From Geoglobus acetivorans (GTDB lineage Archaea > Halobacteriota > Archaeoglobi > Archaeoglobales > Archaeoglobaceae), in NCBI RefSeq assembly GCF_039641995.1, contig NZ_CP087714.1, positions 1,654,328-1,678,327 of the forward strand: a stretch of DNA of 24,000 nt, given 5' to 3'. The notes beneath the pieces are model-generated. The model did not search any database and was not told the DNA's origin. It was given only the letters and a program-made list of their open reading frames with translations. Shown in pieces: positions 7,258 through 12,930 of this stretch. Position 1 is the stretch's first letter, and the number at the start of each line of letters is the position of its first letter. The position numbers and the translations under genes are program-made.

Positions 7258-7269
7258 TTTAATAAAGTC
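7258..7269 (+). promoter_or_regulatory. viral promoter motif variant TTTAATAAAGTC
   Basis: 18 nt to the ATG at 7288. Aligns with the motif at 12386-12396 at the right edge of the other cassette. Confidence 0.5.
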
Positions 7270-7287
7270 TGCTTCTGCCTTGCGATT

Positions 7288-7461
7288 ATGATTCGGTTGA
7301 ACGAGAATCAGCCACTCTGGATGCCTCCTGGGAGTGTCAGAGCGATAATTGCGCTTGCAATCGTCATTGGATACATTGCGATCAACAGAACCGTGGACAA
7401 GGAACTTGTCATGTTCGTACTCGGGTTCTACTTTGGCTCGAAGATGGGGGAGAGACGATGA
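7288..7461 (+). CDS. small 2-TM membrane protein (holin-like size)
   Basis: MIRLNENQ…AIIALAIVIGYIAI…LVMFVLGFYFG. The start is moved from the track's GTG at 7237 to the ATG at 7288 because the promoter motif lies in between. Confidence 0.55.
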   Translation: MIRLNENQPLWMPPGSVRAIIALAIVIGYIAINRTVDKELVMFVLGFYFGSKMGERR

Positions 7462-7679
7462 TGCTGGACGTTTTTGACGACAGGCTCAGCCTGATGCACA
7501 TCGTAGTAGGAGCGCTGAGTTTCTTCTACCAGGTGTTCTTCGTTGTCTTTGTGTTCTATGAGGTCGTTGAGCATATCTATCTCGCTGGAAGGGAGAAGGA
7601 AGCGAATTTCCTTGGGGATTTTGTCGAGTTTCTGTTTGGTCTCGGAGCGGCTGCCCTTGCGTGGGGGATGATGGCGTGA
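7458..7679 (+). CDS. small 2-TM membrane protein
   Basis: 73 aa with hydrophobic stretches IVVGALSFFYQVFFVVFVFY and FVEFLFGLGAAALAWGMM. ATGA overlap with the upstream gene. Confidence 0.55.
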   Translation: MMLDVFDDRLSLMHIVVGALSFFYQVFFVVFVFYEVVEHIYLAGREKEANFLGDFVEFLFGLGAAALAWGMMA

Positions 7680-8224
7680 GCTGGTGGGACTGGCTGTTCG
7701 GATGGAGGGCGAGAAAGAGGATAGATCCCCCGAAGAAGGAACTGGACAGGAGAGATATAACTGTCTACATCGATCCGGCCGTTGATGAGAGTTTGGTCAG
7801 GTCTGCACTCAAGCTTATACCGGGGTACTGGAAATTCAGCGTGGCGGAGTGGGACGAATCACAGCTCACATCTCTTGGAGGGGAATGGGCAGGCTTCCTG
7901 CTCCCAACTCAGGACAACACGGTGGTAGTTTTCGATGGCAAATCGAGAGGGGTCAGATACGCTGGGGGGACTGTCGGGAAGAGGGTCGGAGTGGCCGTTT
8001 TTGGCCGGGAAAGTGAGCTTATTATTGCGTTGAGGATCTGGCATGAGCTTCTGCACACGGAGAAACTCGATGCTGACGGGATGATGACCAACAGAGGGTT
8101 CCGTGACTGGCTTCCCGGGGAAGTCAGAGCAGCCTTCGAGGAAAAAGCCAGACCCCACGACTGGTTCTGGCAGATCGGGTACTACACATACCTGACCGAA
8201 ACTCTGGTCGGGAGGAGAAGATGA
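7661..8224 (+). CDS. HExxH-motif protein (putative metallopeptidase)
   Basis: The motif WHELLHTEKLD is an HExxH. The start is either the GTG at 7661 or the GTG at 7676 (GTGA overlap). The stop overlaps the next ATG (ATGA at 8221). Confidence 0.45.
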   Translation: MGDDGVSWWDWLFGWRARKRIDPPKKELDRRDITVYIDPAVDESLVRSALKLIPGYWKFSVAEWDESQLTSLGGEWAGFLLPTQDNTVVVFDGKSRGVRYAGGTVGKRVGVAVFGRESELIIALRIWHELLHTEKLDADGMMTNRGFRDWLPGEVRAAFEEKARPHDWFWQIGYYTYLTETLVGRRR

Positions 8225-8589
8225 ACTTCGACAAGATCTTAGAAAAGCACGGAGTGAGTGTAACACTGAGATCAGCAACGAAAACAGTGGTTGATGACGT
8301 CTATGGGGTGGAGAAAACAGCATACACAGACACGACAATCAAAGCAATTTTCTCAATGAAAACTGAAAGAGATGAGCTTAAGGTTCAGGGATACACGGGT
8401 GACGGAAAGACGATATCAGGCACCTCAGAAGTTGATTCTGTCTGCTATGTCTCACCGACATCTCAGGCAAAGCAGTTTGATAAGATTGTTTATGACAACA
8501 CGACTTATGAAGTTGTCAGAGTTGATAAGGCGATTTTCCAGGGGAATGTGATCTATCTGAAACTGTTTCTGAAGAGAATAGAGGAATAG
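8221..8589 (+). CDS. head-closure / head-tail joining protein (gp7/gp16-like)
   Basis: 122 aa beta-rich protein ending …YEVVRVDKAIFQGNVIYLKLFLKR, in the pattern of head-tail joining proteins. Directly precedes the gp10-like gene. Confidence 0.5.
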   Translation: MNFDKILEKHGVSVTLRSATKTVVDDVYGVEKTAYTDTTIKAIFSMKTERDELKVQGYTGDGKTISGTSEVDSVCYVSPTSQAKQFDKIVYDNTTYEVVRVDKAIFQGNVIYLKLFLKRIEE

Positions 8590-8591
8590 AA

Positions 8592-8915
8592 ATGAGCATC
8601 AGAATAACAGTCAAGGGATTGAATAAAACAAAGAAAGAGCTTGAGAAGCTCGATCTCTCAGAGATCGATAAGAAATTACACGAAGCAGTTCTCGAACTTG
8701 AGGGTGAGATAAAACAGACTGCTCCTGTGAGAACTGGAAGATACAGAGCTGCATGGGCATCAAGCAGGCTTGGAAAGCTGAAGTACGTGATCAGCAACAA
8801 TGTTGAGTACGCCAAATACTTGATTTATGGCACATCGAGGATGCCCGTGAAGCATGATGTTAGAGGAATAATCGAGAGGTGGAAGGGGCGATTGAAAAGA
8901 AAATTGAAACTTTAA
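8592..8915 (+). CDS. HK97 gp10-like neck/tail-component protein
   Basis: 107 aa with …EIKQTAPVRTGRYRAAW…NNVEYAKYLIYGT, resembling the HK97-gp10 family signature (P-V-x-T-G-x-L/Y-R…Y-A-x-Y-x-E/Y-G). Confidence 0.65.
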   Translation: MSIRITVKGLNKTKKELEKLDLSEIDKKLHEAVLELEGEIKQTAPVRTGRYRAAWASSRLGKLKYVISNNVEYAKYLIYGTSRMPVKHDVRGIIERWKGRLKRKLKL

Positions 8916-8966
8916 AGTGTTCAAATTCTCAAAATTTTATACACTAAAGTTAACAGAATTGTTCTC

Positions 8967-8978
8967 TTTTTTAAAGTC
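8967..8978 (+). promoter_or_regulatory. viral promoter motif TTTTTTAAAGTC
   Basis: Lies in an AT-rich stretch after the stop at 8915. 46 nt to the ATG at 9025, with a CCGATTG direct repeat in between. Confidence 0.45.
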
Positions 8979-9024
8979 CGATTGTAAGCTCCATTTTGGG
9001 AAAACCGATTGGCAAGGGTGCGAT

Positions 9025-9495
9025 ATGTTCAGGGAGCTTGTCAATGAGATAATCACGCTGTTGAGGAACAACATACCCGATCCGAACACAGCAAGGGCTA
9101 ACGCTGGCAAGAACTGGATCTATCCGGATTTTCCCCATGAGAAGGCAACGATGCCGAGGATCAGCGTTGTTTACATCGGACATTCAGAGCCTGATTTCTA
9201 TGGTGTCAATGGGGGGACGGCCCTGCTCTACCCGCTGAGATACGAGATCTCGGTCTGGGTGAGGAGAGGAGAGACATTCACGGTGGGCAACGAGGAACTT
9301 GGAGGAGGAGCCTTGCTCGATTACCTTGCGGATCAGGTGATCAATGTCATAGAGTCCAATGCGTTCTCAATGACGAATGTCGTCGTTGCAAAGTGCGTTG
9401 GGGGAGGTTCCATAGTAATAGAAGAACAGAACACCGGGATTCTCAGGAAACCGCTGGAATTCACGTTCTATTACTTGAAACAGTCAGGAGTGTGA
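9025..9495 (+). CDS. tail completion / terminator-like protein (DUF3168-like)
   Basis: Begins MFRELVNEIITLLRNNIPD…WIYPDFPHEKATMPRISVVYIG, the pattern typical of gp17/DUF3168 tail-completion proteins. I prefer the ATG at 9025 over the track's GTG at 8917, which would read through an AT-rich promoter-like region. Confidence 0.5.
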   Translation: MFRELVNEIITLLRNNIPDPNTARANAGKNWIYPDFPHEKATMPRISVVYIGHSEPDFYGVNGGTALLYPLRYEISVWVRRGETFTVGNEELGGGALLDYLADQVINVIESNAFSMTNVVVAKCVGGGSIVIEEQNTGILRKPLEFTFYYLKQSGV

Positions 9496-9499
9496 TGGT

Positions 9500-9670
9500 A
9501 TGAAGGTCAGGCTGAAGAGGGGAGAGAAGCTCCACGTTGGGAGCTTCGTGTTCGAGGCGGGAGAGGTGTATGACGTCGAACCCACGACCGACATCTCCCG
9601 CCTGGTGAAGAGAGGAGTGTTGGAGGTCGTGAAAGATGAGATGAAGAGACAGAAGGAGGTGAGTGAATAA
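9500..9670 (+). CDS. small protein (56 aa), unannotated in the ORF track
   Basis: Read directly from the sequence: MKVRLKRGEKLHVGSFVFEAGEVYDVEPTTDISRLVKRGVLEVVKDEMKRQKEVSE. TAATG overlap with the next gene. Confidence 0.5.
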   Translation: MKVRLKRGEKLHVGSFVFEAGEVYDVEPTTDISRLVKRGVLEVVKDEMKRQKEVSE

Positions 9671-10596
9671 TGCCGATAGGGGCGACAGGCTATCTGCTCT
9701 GGAGAGATGAAAGCACATACGGAACAGATCCAGGAACTGGAAGCAAAACGGCAGATGCAGCAAGCGTGGAGCTGAACTGGAACAGAAACCTTGAGAGAGT
9801 CAAAGCTCTCTGGGGGGTCAGGAACGTTCCCAAGGTTTACAGTCAGGAGAAGCACGTTGAGGGAAGGATCGCACTCAACACAAGCGACTGGAAGATGCTT
9901 AAACATGTTCTCGGCAGTCTGACAGAGAACGTAACTTCAGCAACTCAGGCTCCATACTATCATGATTTTGAGGAAGCTGAGACGCTTCCGAGCTTCACGC
10001 TGGAGAGGCAGTGGGGATCAAACACAGCTTACGTTGCAGTCGGCTGTAAAGTAAACTCAGCGAGAATCAGAGGGGAAGTTGGAAAAGCTGTCGAATTTGA
10101 GCTTGAGATCCTCGGCAAGAGCATGTCGAAGATAACATCAGGACTTGCAATTCCAAGCTATTCTCCAACGCTACCATTCAGAATGACGAACCTCGCAACT
10201 GCAACCTTCGGAGGCTCAGATGTAAGCGGACAGATAAAGAGCTTTGAGATCAACATCAACAACAACCTTGAGCCAGATTATGGCAGTGATGGAACTCCGA
10301 GGGCGATTGACGAGGGACTGAGAGAAGTGACTGGAACCCTGACATTCAAATTCGACTATACAATAGCCGACTACGTGCTGAACGAGTCTGAGGGAGACAT
10401 AGTCATCAAGCTGATCAGGGGAACGAACGACGAGGTTGAGTTCACGATAGAGAATGCGACATTTGAGGCTCTGAATGATGTAACCGAGGCTGAAGCACAG
10501 AAAGAGCTTGAGCTTGCTTTCATGAGTCAGGCCGATCCAACGAACAAGAACTGCATCAAGGTGAGAGTTACATCTGCAAACGCCACGTACTACTGA
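9670..10596 (+). CDS. major tail (tube) protein
   Basis: 308 aa beta-rich protein between the tail-completion and chaperone/tape-measure genes. The segment …SFEININNNLEP…REVTGTLTF… resembles phage tail-tube families. No sheath gene is present. Confidence 0.6.
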   Translation: MPIGATGYLLWRDESTYGTDPGTGSKTADAASVELNWNRNLERVKALWGVRNVPKVYSQEKHVEGRIALNTSDWKMLKHVLGSLTENVTSATQAPYYHDFEEAETLPSFTLERQWGSNTAYVAVGCKVNSARIRGEVGKAVEFELEILGKSMSKITSGLAIPSYSPTLPFRMTNLATATFGGSDVSGQIKSFEININNNLEPDYGSDGTPRAIDEGLREVTGTLTFKFDYTIADYVLNESEGDIVIKLIRGTNDEVEFTIENATFEALNDVTEAEAQKELELAFMSQADPTNKNCIKVRVTSANATYY

Positions 10597-10605
10597 CAGA
10601 GATAA

Positions 10606-11658
10606 TTAATTTTTAGTGATGGGGTTTATTATTTGGATGAAACGTAATACTTCTTTTTTTCCACCAAGCACCGTTAATACATGCTCTGGTTTTCTATTTC
10701 TTCTCGTATAAGTCTTGATTGACACTTTAAAGCCTAATTTTTCCAGTTGAGCTTTAATAAGTTTTAGCAGCTTTAAGTTAGTATTGTACATTTGAATGTT
10801 AGAATGGGCACGATGCCCTTCAGATTCATAAAAGCCTCGAATGAATTCTTTGCGAAAATCATCGTTTATGAGGTACTCAGTTTCGATTGTCTTTAAGTCT
10901 AAACTCTTATACCACTCGTAAAATTGTTTTGACCGAGCCCTTACATAATAGATCTTCTTCCAATTAGGTTTTTTAGGCTTAATTGTCTTCATATATGGTT
11001 TAAGACCAATTCTTCTCAAATTAACTACAAATTCATCTGCAAATTGTTTATCAATCACTTTTAATTGGATAAACCTATCTCCGTACTTCTTCGTGTGTCC
11101 CACATAACCATCACCGAATATGACTCCTAAAATATATGCTAACTCTTTAGAAGGTTTAAGATTTACATCTGCAACTCCACCAAGCTCACGAAGGGGGATG
11201 TGATATTTTTTAAGGTATTGTCTAATTGTTGTAGCACTACACCTGAATATTTTGGCACAATCTCTAACTGACAACTCTAAGTCCCAGTAGGCAGTAAATA
11301 GCAGATCTTGGGAGATATTAACACTGGCACACTTCTTTGAACAGAATTTTCCTTCTCCCCGCTTAACCCTATATGGAAAAATGTAGAATTCTTTACCACA
11401 TCCTTGGCAGATTCTTTTGATCTTGACACTTGTTTTTCTATCATAGTCCAACCGACACTCGTGTGAACAGAATTTTGCTTTATCTCTCCTGCTTTGCCAG
11501 ACTTCAAACTCTTTACCACAGTTCTGACAGATTTTATTAACTCTCTTACGTCTAAATTCGTAAAAACATCGTTTTGAACAAAATCTTCTCTTCTCAATTT
11601 TAGATGGTGGCACTTGAAACTCCTTCCTACAATTCAAGCATTTGACAGTTACAGGCAT
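10606..11658 (-). CDS. LAGLIDADG homing endonuclease with three N-terminal FCS/TRASH-type zinc fingers and an HTH
   Basis: Three repeats of C-x2-C-x16-18-(F)C-S-x2-C (CLNCRKEF…FCSKRC, CQNCGKEF…FCSHEC, CQGCGKEF…FCSKKC). HTH LSVRDCAKIFRCSATTIRQYLKKY. Two LAGLIDADG motifs (LAYILGVIFGDGYVG and EFIRGFYESEGH). Strongly AT-rich. Confidence 0.8.
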   Translation of the reverse strand: MPVTVKCLNCRKEFQVPPSKIEKRRFCSKRCFYEFRRKRVNKICQNCGKEFEVWQSRRDKAKFCSHECRLDYDRKTSVKIKRICQGCGKEFYIFPYRVKRGEGKFCSKKCASVNISQDLLFTAYWDLELSVRDCAKIFRCSATTIRQYLKKYHIPLRELGGVADVNLKPSKELAYILGVIFGDGYVGHTKKYGDRFIQLKVIDKQFADEFVVNLRRIGLKPYMKTIKPKKPNWKKIYYVRARSKQFYEWYKSLDLKTIETEYLINDDFRKEFIRGFYESEGHRAHSNIQMYNTNLKLLKLIKAQLEKLGFKVSIKTYTRRNRKPEHVLTVLGGKKEVLRFIQIINPITKN

Positions 11659-11673
11659 TCTATCACCAAAAAA

Positions 11674-11934
11674 TCATAAATTGTACTTTCTCTTGAACTT
11701 CTGAGCTCTCAGCGGAGCCATGTGTATCATATCATCCAATCTGCCATAAATGTAGGACTCAACAGACTCAGTGATAACCTCTCCGATAAATCCATCTAAT
11801 TTCTCCTCATCATAGCCTACCCACTTCCCATATTCTCTCAAGAACTCAACAAACCTCTTAGGCAGGGGTATTGACACCCTGACGAACTCCTCCCCCTCAA
11901 TTATCACAGTCTGCTCCTCTTCCATCTCAATCAC
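11674..11934 (-). CDS. 86-aa cassette protein, RHH-like (copy 2)
   Basis: Differs from copy 1 by a single residue (K5E). Its stop is 15 nt upstream of the LAGLIDADG ATG. Confidence 0.6.
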   Translation of the reverse strand: MIEMEEEQTVIIEGEEFVRVSIPLPKRFVEFLREYGKWVGYDEEKLDGFIGEVITESVESYIYGRLDDMIHMAPLRAQKFKRKYNL

Positions 11935-11945
11935 CTCCGAAAATT

Positions 11946-12134
11946 TTAGGAAAAAGCTTCGAGGACAGTCTGCCTTATCACAACCCTCTCCATTCCACCC
12001 TCAAAAACCAGCCAGCCCTTCTTAACCGGGAAGCTCTTAGAGAAGTCCACTTTATGCAGTTCTCCACCACACAGCGGGCACAGACCATTGCTCCCAGAAC
12101 CTTCATACCCACATCGGACACATTTCACGGGCAT
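11946..12134 (-). CDS. small Zn-ribbon protein (copy 2)
   Basis: MPVKCVRCGYEGSGSNGLCPLCGGELHKV followed by a C-terminal half identical to copy 1. ATG (complement of 12132-12134) is preceded by GAGGTG. Confidence 0.6.
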   Translation of the reverse strand: MPVKCVRCGYEGSGSNGLCPLCGGELHKVDFSKSFPVKKGWLVFEGGMERVVIRQTVLEAFS

Positions 12135-12160
12135 TTTTAACACCTCTTAGTTAGATTTTA

Positions 12161-12210
12161 GCTATAATATATTTAGAACATAAACTATTTAAACTTTTCG
12201 CTATAATATA
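12161..12210. promoter_or_regulatory. divergent promoter of cassette 2 with two 11-nt direct repeats flanking a TATA box
   Basis: GCTATAATATA at 12161-12171 and 12200-12210 (39 nt start to start) flank CTATTTAAAC. Same geometry as copy 1 but a different repeat sequence. Confidence 0.5.
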
Positions 12211-12215
12211 GCTAT

Positions 12216-12362
12216 ATGGCAGATCCGATTGAGGTAAAAGTTAAGGGATATGAAGTAATCGAGAAGGTCGTAAAACGGAGTGGGGATTCAGGTAGAGTCT
12301 ATGTTCCAAAGTCTTGGGTTGGGAAGAAAGTTAAGATAATACTATTAGAGCCAAATGAGTAA
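12216..12362 (+). CDS. DUF2080-like (AbrB/SpoVT-type) small protein (copy 2), 48 aa
   Basis: Read directly from the sequence: MADPIEVKVKGYEVIEKVVKRSGDSGRVYVPKSWVGKKVKIILLEPNE. Confidence 0.6.
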   Translation: MADPIEVKVKGYEVIEKVVKRSGDSGRVYVPKSWVGKKVKIILLEPNE

Positions 12363-12385
12363 GGTAAATCATCTGAAGTTTTTGA

Positions 12386-12396
12386 TTTTTAAAGTC
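12386..12396 (+). promoter_or_regulatory. viral promoter motif TTTTTAAAGTC
   Basis: 19 nt to the ATG at 12416. Confidence 0.55.
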
Positions 12397-12415
12397 TATT
12401 TGAAATCAAGCAGAT

Positions 12416-12751
12416 ATGGTTGAGGAACTGAGCTTTGAGGATCTTAAGGGGCAACCTAAAGAGTTCATCATAAGGGGTAAACGAGTGAGAATTCCACCGT
12501 TAGAGGTTAGAGATTTCAATCTGTTTCTACGAATGTCCGAACAAGACCCGAACAAGGTTGCGGAAGTAATGAAAGAGATTTTCCTCAAAACAATGCAGAA
12601 GATCTATCCCGATAAGAGCAGAGAGGAAATTTTGAGCCTGCCAGCCAGTATCTTGCTTGAATTCATGGTTTACATTCTAAAAGCGAACGGCTTGGAGGTT
12701 GATGAAGAGGTTTTTCAGAAAGTTTTACAGAGCTTACAGAGCGAGACCTAG
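12416..12751 (+). CDS. tail assembly chaperone (G-like)
   Basis: 111 aa acidic protein immediately upstream of the tape measure gene, in the conserved position for the chaperone. Confidence 0.6.
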   Translation: MVEELSFEDLKGQPKEFIIRGKRVRIPPLEVRDFNLFLRMSEQDPNKVAEVMKEIFLKTMQKIYPDKSREEILSLPASILLEFMVYILKANGLEVDEEVFQKVLQSLQSET

Positions 12752-12786
12752 TGAAACTTATAGTAGTCTGCTTATCAGAGCTCAAA

Positions 12787-12930
12787 ATGGATCTTGAAAC
12801 AGTACTTTCAATGAAGATCCCACAGTTCTTGACATTGATGGCAGCATATAGTGAGGTACAAGAAGATATACAGAGAGAAGTTGAAAAAGAACGGAGGAAG
12901 AGAGAGTTCTTTAGCAGGATGGGGGTATAA
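12787..12930 (+). CDS. T-like chaperone extension: a separate 47-aa ORF or the -1 frameshift product of 12416-12751
   Basis: The -1 frame is open from 12706 to 12930 and overlaps the end of the G-like ORF. It ends in a TAATG overlap with the tape measure start. It contains an internal ATG at 12787. Confidence 0.4.
   Translation: MDLETVLSMKIPQFLTLMAAYSEVQEDIQREVEKERRKREFFSRMGV

Larger units (their letters stand above)
5255..7272. mobile_element. nuclease cassette 1: TnpB + candidate guide RNA + 86-aa + Zn-ribbon (-) and DUF2080-like (+); may also include the wHTH gene to its left
   Basis: Non-structural block between the adaptor gene (ends 4614) and the promoter at 7258. No tnpA and no obvious terminal inverted repeats. 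Left boundary uncertain. Confidence 0.55.
6537..7272. repeat. dispersed direct repeat, copy 1 of the ~0.73-kb cassette module
   Basis: 6537-6920 matches 11664-12047 with about 5 C/T differences by eye. 6921-7100 is strongly diverged. 7100-7272 is partially conserved, including a 36-nt identical core (ttcaggtagagtctatgttccaaagtcttgggttgg). Confidence 0.9.
10597..12385. mobile_element. nuclease cassette 2: LAGLIDADG endonuclease + 86-aa + Zn-ribbon (-) and DUF2080-like (+)
   Basis: About 1.8 kb of non-structural, partly very AT-rich DNA wedged between the major tail gene stop (10596) and the chaperone promoter (12386). It shares a ~0.73-kb module with 6537-7272. Confidence 0.6.
11664..12397. 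repeat. dispersed direct repeat, copy 2 of the cassette module
   Basis: See copy 1. The offset is 5127 nt over the near-identical block. Confidence 0.9.

Noticed and set aside
8917-9024. GTG start at 8917 for the tail-completion gene, and GTG start at 7237 for the first TM protein
   Set aside because: Both extensions read through AT-rich intergenic-looking DNA that contains the conserved promoter motif. In-frame ATGs downstream (9025 and 7288) fit the promoter spacing better.
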